From Nitriliruptorales bacterium (GTDB lineage: Bacteria > Actinomycetota > Nitriliruptoria > Nitriliruptorales > Nitriliruptoraceae): 64,000 nt of DNA. Made by a program: the position numbers and the translations under genes. The stretch spans positions 5,175 to 69,174 of the forward strand of contig JAWVZB010000001.1 in the NCBI GenBank assembly GCA_033722375.1, in the 5' to 3' direction. Below the pieces are notes generated by a model that saw nothing but the letters and a program-made list of their open reading frames with translations, was not told the DNA's origin and made no database searches. This document shows positions 7,351-16,024 of this stretch, one piece after another (the first letter of the stretch is position 1; every line of letters begins with the position of its first letter).

Positions 7351-9192
7351 GTGTGCTTCAACAACCTCCCGATCCTCTTCGATGACTCCGGACGCGCGCG
7401 GCTGGACGAATCACGTGGCTTCGCGGTCGACACCGCGCCGCGTGAGGCGCCGGCCTACGTCGCTCCCTCCGAGGCCAAGGGGAAGACCTTCTCGATCGAT
7501 CCGGTGACCCGGGTGGCCGGCGCGCTCGCGTTCCACACCACCGTGGACCTCGAGGACCGCGTCGTCACGAGCGCACACTCACAGGCTGTGCTGTTCCGTG
7601 GCTACGAGCTGATCCTGCGCGATCGGGAGCCCGAGGAGGCCATCCACATCTCGTCCCGTGCGTGCGGTGTCTGCGGCGGGGTCCACTCCACCGCGTCGGC
7701 CATGGCACTCGAGATGGCCTTCGGCGTCGTGCCTCCGCCGCTCGCGATCATCGCGCGCAACCTCGCCGAAGGGGCGGAGCTGCTCTACGACCACTGCCTG
7801 CATCTGTTCCTGCTCGCGGGGGTCGACTACTCGCAGCAGGTGGTCGAGCAGACGAGCCCCGGGTTGTGGCGACGCGCACAGCGGACCGCTGCTCCGAACG
7901 CCGGCACGCACGGCTTGATGACGATCGCCGACATCATGACGGGTCTCAACCCGCTGCGAGGCAGTCTCGTGACCGAGGCGCTCGAGGTGACCCGGACCGG
8001 ACGCGAGATCGTCTCGCTGGTCTACGGCAAGTACCCCCATCCCTCGGCGATCGTCCCGGCCGGGCTCGGAACGAGTCTCGACCACGCCACCTTGAACCAG
8101 GTTCTGTCACGGATGGTGCGGCTGCTCGATTACGCGAAGAAGGTCGCCACGTTGTGGGACGATCTGGTCGAGTTCTTCCTCGAGGCCGATCCCGACTACC
8201 GGCTGGTCGGTGTTCGCCCCGCCAACCTCATCAGCACCGGCATGTGGGACGACCCCCGCGTCTACGACGCCACCTACGCGAACGCCGACGCGTGGGGGCA
8301 GCGCCGCCTCACGACACCGGGGGTGGTGATCGACGGCGAGCTGCGGACCACGAACCTGCGGCAGATCAACCTCGGGATCGAGGAGTTCGTCGACCACTCG
8401 TTCTACGAGCGGTGGGCCGACGACGACGAGCCCGGGGAGGCACCGGACGGGGCGCCGCTGAGTCCGTTCCACCCGTGGAACAAGCGCACCATCCCCCGTC
8501 CCGAGGCAACGAGCTGGCGGGACCGCTACTCCTGGTCCACCGCCCCGCGCTGGGACCGCGAGGCGATGGAGTCGGGACCGCTCGCCCGGCAGTGGATCAC
8601 GGTCGCCGCGGGACTGGTCGAGACGGAGTTCATCCGGACGGCGCCCGGACGGCTCGAGATCGTCGTCCCCGAGAGCTCCCTGCCCGAGATGACGATCACC
8701 TGGCGGGTGCCCGACACGGTCAACGCGCTCGAGCGGATCCGCGCTCGTGCGACCCACGTGGCCTACTGTCTCATGGCGGGCTACACCTACCTCCTCGAGG
8801 CGTTCGACGCGTTCCGCAGCGGGGAGACCGAGATGGCCGCACCCTACGAGGTCACCGACGGGGTTGGGGTCGGCTTCTGGGAAGCGGGACGGGGAACGCT
8901 CACCCACTACGCGACGATCGAGGACGGCAAGCTCGCCAACTACCAGATCCTCACGCCGTCCACCTGGATGGCCTCGCCTCGCGATCCGTGGGATCTGCCC
9001 GGCCCCTACGAGGAGGCCGTCCTGAACACGCCCATCCTCGAGCACACCGAGGACCCGGACGCGTTCACGGGGATCGACATCCTCCGCACGATCCGGAGCT
9101 TCGATCCGTGCCTGCCCTGTGCCGTACATCTGCACACCGGCGGTGGCACGATCGTCCGGGATGCGACGAGCTGCGCGTGTGGTACGTCATGA
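7351..9192 (+). CDS. [NiFe]-hydrogenase large subunit
   Basis: N-terminal IDPVTRVAGA, L1 motif SSRACGVCGGVH, L2 motif SFDPCLPCAVH followed by a 20-aa tail. Total 613 aa. GTG start at 7351; the exact start is uncertain. Confidence 0.9.
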   Translation: MCFNNLPILFDDSGRARLDESRGFAVDTAPREAPAYVAPSEAKGKTFSIDPVTRVAGALAFHTTVDLEDRVVTSAHSQAVLFRGYELILRDREPEEAIHISSRACGVCGGVHSTASAMALEMAFGVVPPPLAIIARNLAEGAELLYDHCLHLFLLAGVDYSQQVVEQTSPGLWRRAQRTAAPNAGTHGLMTIADIMTGLNPLRGSLVTEALEVTRTGREIVSLVYGKYPHPSAIVPAGLGTSLDHATLNQVLSRMVRLLDYAKKVATLWDDLVEFFLEADPDYRLVGVRPANLISTGMWDDPRVYDATYANADAWGQRRLTTPGVVIDGELRTTNLRQINLGIEEFVDHSFYERWADDDEPGEAPDGAPLSPFHPWNKRTIPRPEATSWRDRYSWSTAPRWDREAMESGPLARQWITVAAGLVETEFIRTAPGRLEIVVPESSLPEMTITWRVPDTVNALERIRARATHVAYCLMAGYTYLLEAFDAFRSGETEMAAPYEVTDGVGVGFWEAGRGTLTHYATIEDGKLANYQILTPSTWMASPRDPWDLPGPYEEAVLNTPILEHTEDPDAFTGIDILRTIRSFDPCLPCAVHLHTGGGTIVRDATSCACGTS

Positions 9193-9202
9193 GGGGCCGC
9201 CC

Positions 9203-10942
9203 GTGAGCACGGACGAGGAGGAGCCCGGCGACGAGGCCGGCACCTCGTCGGCAGGGTCGGGCGTGACCATGCGGCGCCTGTCGCAGGCGTTGGATTCCCT
9301 GGCCGAGGTGCAGGCCGACCTCGACGAGGAGCGGCTCCGCCGGTTCCAGGCGGAGGCACTCCTGGACCGCCTGTTCACGTCGATGTCGGATGCGGTGCTG
9401 GTCGTGGATCCACATGGCGAGGTCGTGCGGGCCAGTGGTGCCGCCCCGCGCCTGTTCGGTCGGCCCGAGGACGAGCTGATCGGATCCGTGCCGGAGGGGT
9501 GGTACGAGGACGAGGTTCCCCTCCGTCCCTGGGACCTCCTCGAACGCGCCCCGTCCGGGCAGTTGCACCTCGAGACGGTGGTCCAGCGACCGGATGGCAG
9601 CAGCCGTGAGGTGAGCCTGTCCTGCACCGTGATCCGGGACCGCGACGGCAAGGTCACCGGAGCCGTACACGCAGCTCGCGACCTCAGCAACGTGCACTAC
9701 CTCCTGCGTGAGGTCCGGGCGGCCGAACAGCGCTGGCGCCTGCTGGCCCACGTCGGAGCTCGACTGTCCGAGGCGCTCGATCCGGAGGACGTGCTCGGGG
9801 AGCTCGTGACCTACCTCGGTGGGGAGACCGAGCTCGGTGTGGCGCTGCTGTTGACAGACGACGGAGTGATCGAGGTCGTGCATCTGTCCCCGGACGTCCC
9901 GGACGGCGAGGTCCTCGACGGGCTCGTCGGGACGGCTCCGTCGGCCGGTTCCAGCCTCGCGGCGGTGCTGGCGGACGGTCAGACGGTGCATGCCCCCGCC
10001 CCACCCTCCGACTTCCCGCTCGCTGGGCCCGCCCTCCCGGCGATGGCATCGGCGGCGGTGCTCCCGCTCACCGCCGACGACCGGACCTTCGGGGCGATGA
10101 TCGTCGCGTCACCGGAGGCGCGTGCGGTGCGGGAGGAACACGTGGACCTCTTCGAGGAGGTCGCCGCACGGATCGCCCTCAGCATCGCGAACGCGCGCTT
10201 GCAGCGTCGGATCATGGAACACCGTGCCGAGCAGGAGGCGGTGGCGTACCGCGACCGCATCCTTGAGGCGATCTCGCACGAGATGAAGACCCCGCTGGCG
10301 GTCCTCACGGGCCAGCTCAAGCAGCTCAAGACCGCCGGCGGGTCCGTCGAGCCCGCCGCGCTCGAGAAGATCGTGGCCAGCGTCGATCGACAGGTCATCC
10401 GGCTCCGGCGGCTCGTGACGCAGTTCCTCGACTACATCCGGGTCGAAGCCGGGCATGAACTGGCGGTCAGCACCCGTCCCGTCGACGTGCGCTCGCTGGT
10501 CGAGACGACCGCCGAGACGGTCGCAGACGAGGGTCGGCTGCGGCTCGACCTCCCCGCCGACCTCCCTCCCGCGGAGGCGGACACGAACCGGCTCGACCTG
10601 GCGCTGGCGAACCTGATCTCGAACGCCCTGAAGTACGCGCCCTCCTCCACCCCGGTCACGGTCACCGGTCGCGAGGCGGGGCGACACGTCGAGATCAGCG
10701 TCACCGACGAAGGGCCCGGCATCCCGATCTCCGAACAGCCGCGACTGTTCGACAAGTTCGCCCGTGGATCCGAGGAGAGTGGGGTCGAAGGGAGCGGCCT
10801 CGGGTTGTACATGACGCGCCAGATGATGCACAGTCAGGGTGGCGAAGTACGGCTGTCGAGCCGCCCCGGAGAGGGAAGCCGGTTCACGCTGGTGTTGCCA
10901 CGCTCGGACGTTGAAGACGAGGGGGACAACGATGAGCAGTGA
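9203..10942 (+). CDS. soluble sensor histidine kinase (PAS - GAF - HisKA - HATPase_c)
   Basis: No TM segment. PAS-like region (LFTSMSDAVLVVDPHGEVV ... DRDGKVTGAVHAARD). GAF-like region. H-box ISHEMKTPLAVL. N/G boxes NLISNALKYAP, DEGPGIP and GSGLGLYMTRQM. In-frame GTG at 9203, 10 nt after the hydrogenase stop; an alternative ATG lies about 66 nt further on. Confidence 0.85.
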   Translation: MSTDEEEPGDEAGTSSAGSGVTMRRLSQALDSLAEVQADLDEERLRRFQAEALLDRLFTSMSDAVLVVDPHGEVVRASGAAPRLFGRPEDELIGSVPEGWYEDEVPLRPWDLLERAPSGQLHLETVVQRPDGSSREVSLSCTVIRDRDGKVTGAVHAARDLSNVHYLLREVRAAEQRWRLLAHVGARLSEALDPEDVLGELVTYLGGETELGVALLLTDDGVIEVVHLSPDVPDGEVLDGLVGTAPSAGSSLAAVLADGQTVHAPAPPSDFPLAGPALPAMASAAVLPLTADDRTFGAMIVASPEARAVREEHVDLFEEVAARIALSIANARLQRRIMEHRAEQEAVAYRDRILEAISHEMKTPLAVLTGQLKQLKTAGGSVEPAALEKIVASVDRQVIRLRRLVTQFLDYIRVEAGHELAVSTRPVDVRSLVETTAETVADEGRLRLDLPADLPPAEADTNRLDLALANLISNALKYAPSSTPVTVTGREAGRHVEISVTDEGPGIPISEQPRLFDKFARGSEESGVEGSGLGLYMTRQMMHSQGGEVRLSSRPGEGSRFTLVLPRSDVEDEGDNDEQ

Positions 10943-11306
10943 CCACGATCGGCGCGTCCTGCTCCTGCTGGTCGACGACGAGCCCGAGATCCGCATGCTC
11001 CTCCGCACCATGCTGGGGGTGCGCAACTGGAACGTCGACGAGGCGTCGTCCGGCCCTGAGGCGCTCGAGAAGTGTGACGAGGACGGCTACCGGGCGATCA
11101 TCCTCGACCAGCGGATGCCGAGGATGACCGGCCTCGAGGTCGCCCGGGAGCTCCGCGACCAGGGCAACGAGACCCCCATCGTGCTCTTCTCCGCCTACCT
11201 GGAACCCGACGTGGAGGCGGGCGCCCAGGAGCTCGGCTTGCCAACGGTGCCGAAGGACGACTTCGACCAGCTCTTCGATGTTCTGGAGCGTCTCGTGCGT
11301 GCCTGA
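10932..11306 (+). CDS. single-domain (receiver-only, CheY-like) response regulator
   Basis: 124 aa with LLLLVDDEPEIR, AIILDQRMPRMTG, IVLFSAY and PKD. No output domain. The ATG at 10932 overlaps the kinase stop by 11 nt. Confidence 0.85.
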   Translation: MSSDHDRRVLLLLVDDEPEIRMLLRTMLGVRNWNVDEASSGPEALEKCDEDGYRAIILDQRMPRMTGLEVARELRDQGNETPIVLFSAYLEPDVEAGAQELGLPTVPKDDFDQLFDVLERLVRA

Positions 11307-11321
11307 GTCGTGCGACTCAGG
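11302..11321. terminator. palindromic hairpin spanning both convergent stop codons (candidate bidirectional terminator)
   Basis: CCTGAGTCG-TG-CGACTCAGG is a perfect 9-bp inverted repeat. It contains the TGA of the response regulator (11304-11306) and the complement of the protease stop (11317-11319). Confidence 0.45.
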
Positions 11322-11844
11322 ACCGGTGGGGTGGGCTCGGGGCCGTGAGCCGCGCCACCTCGGCGTCGATCCTCGCGAGCAGGTCGGGGACGAGCGCCAG
11401 GGCGTCCGCTGATGGTTCCGCCGCGAAGCCCGTGTCGATGGGTTCGACCTCGAGGACGCAGGTGTCCTCCGGCAGTGCGCCGTAGTAGGCCGTGATCGCC
11501 AGGATGTGATCGAGGTCGATCACACCGGAGACGCTCTCGCCGAGCCTCGCCTGGAGCTCTGCTGGATCCGGCCCGTCACGCTGCGGAGCTCGCCATCGGA
11601 TCGTGCCGGGCTCATCGCCGCGCGGGTGGCACGCCACGATCAGGAGGGCGTCCGGAGCCAGCTCCTGGAGTAGGTGAACCACCCGGTGCGCGGCCACGGT
11701 GACCTCCTCGACGTGGACCCCGGCCGGCAGGACCCGTTCGCGGCATCGGCGGGCCACGAGGGGGCCGAGGTCGAGGTCACCGGCCCACGGGATCCCGACG
11801 CCGGCGATCAGCAGCGATACTTCGTCGGTGGTCGTTCGTGGCAT
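11317..11844 (-). CDS. hydrogenase maturation endopeptidase-like protein (HybD/HycI/HoxW family, divergent)
   Basis: 175 aa. LLIAGVGIPWAGDLDLGP resembles the GxGNxxxxDDGxG start of the family. DALLIVACHP and VIDLDHILAI resemble the second and third conserved blocks. Assignment is by hand alignment only. Confidence 0.55.
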   Translation of the reverse strand: MPRTTTDEVSLLIAGVGIPWAGDLDLGPLVARRCRERVLPAGVHVEEVTVAAHRVVHLLQELAPDALLIVACHPRGDEPGTIRWRAPQRDGPDPAELQARLGESVSGVIDLDHILAITAYYGALPEDTCVLEVEPIDTGFAAEPSADALALVPDLLARIDAEVARLTAPSPPHRS

Positions 11845-11990
11845 GTGCCGACCTTAGGTCGTCGGCCCGCTCTCGGGCGCGGCGGTTTCGCGACAACCGA
11901 CCTTCGTGCAGACCGACCCACGTCTGACGGTCACTACCCTGGCGAGGCTCGCCCCCGGCGAGGCCCCTCGTAGTCAGGAACAGGTCGACG

Positions 11991-14900
11991 GTGACGGATC
12001 AGGGACAGCACTCCGTCTCGGCACGGCACGCCCACCTGACGTTCGTGCCGGGGGAGCTCGCACCGGCCTCCGGAGCGTTCGTCGTCTGGGGGGTTGACCA
12101 TCCGGATGAGGCTGCGCTCGAGCTCGGGTTCCCGGCTGGCGAGAAGGGCCGGCTGCGGACGGTCGTGCGGGGCGACGACGGCCGGCTGGAGCGTCGTGAC
12201 GTGGACGGTCGCGTGATCCCGCTCGTGCCCATCCTGCGGGTCCTGGCCGCGATGCCGCCGGGTTCGGATCATGCTCCGTGGCAGCGGCCGTCGGACAGCG
12301 TGCTCGCCTGGAGCGTCGCGGCGAAGCTCGCGCTCGAGTTCGTGTCGGCCGGACGCGTGGTACCGAGCTTCCAGGCGGATCAGGGCGGCGACGAGGGACG
12401 CGCGATCTGGCGCTGCGTACCGACCTCCGACGGCCGGCTCGCCCACCTCGCCGAGGCGATGCCGCTCGCCGCCACCGCGTTGCGGAGCGACGAGGACGAC
12501 GCCACGGTCTGGGTACCGCTGCGCCTCCTGCGATCCTTCTGCGACGCGGTCGCGGACGCGTGTGGTCGCGCCGGGAGGCGGCCCGAGGTCGATCCGCGCC
12601 GGCGCGGGGCGCGGCGCCCGTGGGAGGAGATGTGGGCCGACGCGCTCGCGAGTGCTGATCCCACGGTGTCCCGGCTGCGGATGGATTCTGGAGAGCTCGC
12701 GGACGCCGTGCAGGACTGGGCCAGTCCCTACCTGGGCCGCCGCGAGGGACGGTCGGTGCAGCTGCTGCTGAAGCTGGAGCCGCCGGCGACCGAGGACGGG
12801 TCGGTCGCCCCGCTCGAGGTGCCGTCGGGGGAGTGGCGCCTGAGCTTCCATCTGCGTTCCATCCTCGACGAATCCGCGGTGGTGCCTGCCGGAGACGTCT
12901 GGGGGGCGGACGGGGTGGTCGAACTCGCCGGCAAGCGGGTGCACGACGCCGCCGAAGTGCTCGTGCGTGCTCTGGCTGGGGCGGCCCGGCTGTTCCCCCC
13001 TCTGGAGCCGGTCCTCTCCGATGCGTCGCCGACGGGTATCGACCTGTCCGGTCCCGAGGTCGCGCAGCTCTTGACCGGCGACCTCGATGCCCTGGTGGAT
13101 GCCGGCATCGCCGTGCAGATCCCACCGGAGCTGCGACAGGCGGACGACCGCCGCCTACGGATCCGCGCCCGGATCGGCAGGACCACCGATGCTGACATCG
13201 GCTCGCTCGCGGACGCCGGGTTCTCCCTGCCCGACCTGACCCAGTTCGAGTACGAGCTGGCTATCGGCGACGACGCGCTGACCGAGGAGGAGTTCGCCGA
13301 GATCGTCAAGGCCAAACAGCCACTCGTGCGCTGGCGCGGCCAGTGGGTGCGGGTCGAGCGTGACGAGGCCGACCGGCTCGCAGCGATCGCGGGAACCACC
13401 GGCACCCTCGACGTCACCGAAGCGTTGGCGGCGGCGTTGGCGGGCCAGCGCCGCGACGACGAACTCGGACTCGTGGACACCGTGGCGTCGGGCGAGATCC
13501 TGGCGCTGGTGGAGCGGCTGGTGCAGGAGGGGGCGGACCTCGACGACCCCAACCTCGACGGCATCGACGGTGACCTGCGCGACTACCAGCGACGCGGCAT
13601 CGCCTGGCTGCAGCAGCTCGCTGCCCTGGGGCTCGGCGGGGTGCTCGCCGACGAGATGGGGCTCGGCAAGAGCGTGCAGGCCATCGCGCTCATGACCGCG
13701 CGGCGACAGGACCGTCCCCACCTGGTGGTGTGCCCGACCTCGGTCGTCGGCAACTGGGAGCGCGAGATCGCCAAGTGGACCGGTGACTTCCCGAGCATCC
13801 GCTACCACGGGCCCGACCGCCCCAGCACGATCCGTGCCTTCCACCCCGGCCACATCACGGTCACGACCTACGCGCTGCTGCGGCGGGACATCGACCTGCT
13901 CGAAGCCGTCGACTGGGACGTGGTGGTGTTCGACGAGGCGCAGAAGATCAAGAACGCCGAATCCAAGGGCGCGAAGGCCGCGCGGGCACTCGACGCCCGG
14001 GTCAAGATCGCGATGACCGGGACGCCGATCGAGAACCGGCTGTCCGAGCTGTGGGCGATCATCGACGTGACCAACCCGGGGCTGCTCGGATCCCGGCGGC
14101 GCTTCAACGAACGGTTCGGCGTGCCCATCGAGCGTTGGCACGACGCCGAGGCCGCGGAGCGGTTGCGCCGGCTCATCGCGCCGTTCGTGATGCGCCGCCT
14201 CAAGTCCGACCCCGAGGTGTCGGTCGACCTCCCCGAGAAGCAGGAGATCACCGTCCACTGCTCCCTCACCCGCGAGCAGGCGTCGCTCTACCAGGCGGCG
14301 GTGGACAAGGCGTTCTCGGGGGAGGGCCTCGGCGCCACGACCTTCGAGCGGCGCGGGCGGATCCTCGCCCTGCTCACCGCGCTCAAGCAGATCTGCAACC
14401 ATCCGCGCCAGTACCTGCGTGACGGCAGCCGACTCCAGGGCCGGTCCGGGAAGCTCTCGCGGGTCACCGACATCCTCCAGGAGGTGGTCGCCTCGGGCGA
14501 CCACGCGCTCGTGTTCACCCAGTACAAGCAGATGGGCGATCTGCTCGTCGAACACCTCGAGTCGGCCCTCGACCTGCCCGAGGTCCCGTTCCTGCACGGC
14601 GGCACCGCCATGTCGGCGCGGGAGGCCATGGTCGATCGGTTCCAGGAAGCTCCGGATGCCCCGCCGATCCTGCTCGTGTCGCTGCGGGCGGGGGGCACCG
14701 GTCTGAACCTCACCCGCGCCACGGAGGTGATCCACTACGACCGCTGGTGGAACCCCGCGGTCGAGCAGCAGGCCACCGACCGCGCTCATCGCCTCGGACA
14801 GACCCGCCCCGTCACGGTCCACGCGCTCGTGACCGCCGGGACCGTCGAGGACCGCATCGCCGAGCTCCTCCAACAGAAGAAGGATCTCGCCCGGCAGGTG

Positions 14901-15008
14901 GTGGGCGAGGGTGAGGCATGGATCACCGAGCTCGACGACGACGATCTCCGCGAGCTGATCGCGCTCAACGAGGAGGATGTGGAAGACGAGGAAGAGGCGG
15001 TGGCGTGA
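11991..15008 (+). CDS. helZ: SNF2-family DEAD/DEAH-box helicase, HelZ-like (1005 aa)
   Basis: Contains LRDYQRRGIAWL, LADEMGLGKSVQAI, VVFDEAQKIKN, MTGTPIENRLSELW, SLRAGGTGLNLTRA and WWNPAVEQQATDRAHRLGQ. A long N-terminal domain of unknown function precedes the helicase core. Size and SWIM-neighbour arrangement match mycobacterial helZ as I remember it. Confidence 0.85.
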   Translation: MTDQGQHSVSARHAHLTFVPGELAPASGAFVVWGVDHPDEAALELGFPAGEKGRLRTVVRGDDGRLERRDVDGRVIPLVPILRVLAAMPPGSDHAPWQRPSDSVLAWSVAAKLALEFVSAGRVVPSFQADQGGDEGRAIWRCVPTSDGRLAHLAEAMPLAATALRSDEDDATVWVPLRLLRSFCDAVADACGRAGRRPEVDPRRRGARRPWEEMWADALASADPTVSRLRMDSGELADAVQDWASPYLGRREGRSVQLLLKLEPPATEDGSVAPLEVPSGEWRLSFHLRSILDESAVVPAGDVWGADGVVELAGKRVHDAAEVLVRALAGAARLFPPLEPVLSDASPTGIDLSGPEVAQLLTGDLDALVDAGIAVQIPPELRQADDRRLRIRARIGRTTDADIGSLADAGFSLPDLTQFEYELAIGDDALTEEEFAEIVKAKQPLVRWRGQWVRVERDEADRLAAIAGTTGTLDVTEALAAALAGQRRDDELGLVDTVASGEILALVERLVQEGADLDDPNLDGIDGDLRDYQRRGIAWLQQLAALGLGGVLADEMGLGKSVQAIALMTARRQDRPHLVVCPTSVVGNWEREIAKWTGDFPSIRYHGPDRPSTIRAFHPGHITVTTYALLRRDIDLLEAVDWDVVVFDEAQKIKNAESKGAKAARALDARVKIAMTGTPIENRLSELWAIIDVTNPGLLGSRRRFNERFGVPIERWHDAEAAERLRRLIAPFVMRRLKSDPEVSVDLPEKQEITVHCSLTREQASLYQAAVDKAFSGEGLGATTFERRGRILALLTALKQICNHPRQYLRDGSRLQGRSGKLSRVTDILQEVVASGDHALVFTQYKQMGDLLVEHLESALDLPEVPFLHGGTAMSAREAMVDRFQEAPDAPPILLVSLRAGGTGLNLTRATEVIHYDRWWNPAVEQQATDRAHRLGQTRPVTVHALVTAGTVEDRIAELLQQKKDLARQVVGEGEAWITELDDDDLRELIALNEEDVEDEEEAVA

Positions 15009-15961
15009 CCGGGGTCGAGGACGAGACCAGGACGGCGTGGCCCGAGCGGTGGCTCGCCGGTGTCGGTGGGCAGCCGGACGGGTCCGCGGCCGAGCGGTTG
15101 TCCCGCGGGCGGTACTACGCCAGCCGCGGTGGCGGCTCCGACCTCACGATCGAACCGGGTCGGCTGTCGGCGCGGATCCCGGAAGGGCGGCTGCGGCCCC
15201 GGCTCGCCACGGTCGACGTTCCCGAGCTCGACGAGCAAGGCCGTTCGGTCATCGTGGACGTCCTGGCGTCCGAGGTCCGCTTCCTCGCGGCTGCCCTCGA
15301 GGGCGAGCTTCCTCCCGCGCTCGCCGAAGCGCTCGCCGAGCGAGGCGTGGACCTGGTGCCGTCGAGAGACGAGATCGAAGAAGCGTGCACCTGCGGCGAG
15401 CGGCGCATGCCCTGCAAGCACGTGGCCACCGTCCACCACGCCTTCTCCGACCGGTTGGAGGAGGATCCACTGCCGCTGCTGAAGCTGCGGGGACAGGATC
15501 CGACGTCCCTCCTGGCGACGCTGCGCGAGCGCCGGCGGGGCGGGGCGCCTCCAGCTGGCACGATCCAGATCTCCGAGCTCGGGGACACCGACCCCAGCAC
15601 GGCGCGGGGCGATCTGGAGGCGGTGACGCTGCATCCGCGGCAGGTGGACGATCCCGGTTGGCTGCTCGCGCACCTCGGGGAACCGCCCGGGGTCGAGGAG
15701 CTCGAGCGCTTCGAGGAACGCATCGCCGACGCGGCTGACTTCGCGTGGCGGATCGCCGCCGGCGAAGGCTCGGAGGTCGCCGACGAGGAGCTCCTGCTCG
15801 CCGAGCTCCGGGCGCAGCGGGTGTCCGGCGCCGGCAAGGTCGCCGACGCGTTGGGGTGGGATCGCGAGCAGACACGAACGCTGCTCGATGCCTTGTTCGA
15901 GCGGGGCGACGTGCTGCGCATGGGGTCCGGCGAGGACGCCAAGTACCGCGCCGCCGACTAG
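15005..15961 (+). CDS. SWIM zinc-finger protein
   Basis: The GTG at 15005 overlaps the helicase stop (GTGA). The SWIM signature CTCGERRMPCKH fits CxCxnCxH. Confidence 0.8.
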   Translation: MTGVEDETRTAWPERWLAGVGGQPDGSAAERLSRGRYYASRGGGSDLTIEPGRLSARIPEGRLRPRLATVDVPELDEQGRSVIVDVLASEVRFLAAALEGELPPALAEALAERGVDLVPSRDEIEEACTCGERRMPCKHVATVHHAFSDRLEEDPLPLLKLRGQDPTSLLATLRERRRGGAPPAGTIQISELGDTDPSTARGDLEAVTLHPRQVDDPGWLLAHLGEPPGVEELERFEERIADAADFAWRIAAGEGSEVADEELLLAELRAQRVSGAGKVADALGWDREQTRTLLDALFERGDVLRMGSGEDAKYRAAD

Positions 15962-16024
15962 CGGAGCCCTACGAGTCTGCTTGCTGGATATGTCCTGCGC
16001 CCGCACGATTTGTGCAGCAGGCTC

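Noticed and set aside
9119-9202. The ATG at 9119 as the kinase start, overlapping the end of the hydrogenase large subunit by 74 nt.
   Set aside because: The extra 28 aa are shadow-like (Arg-rich) and lie in an alternative frame of the conserved large-subunit C-terminus. The GTG at 9203 just after the stop is more plausible.
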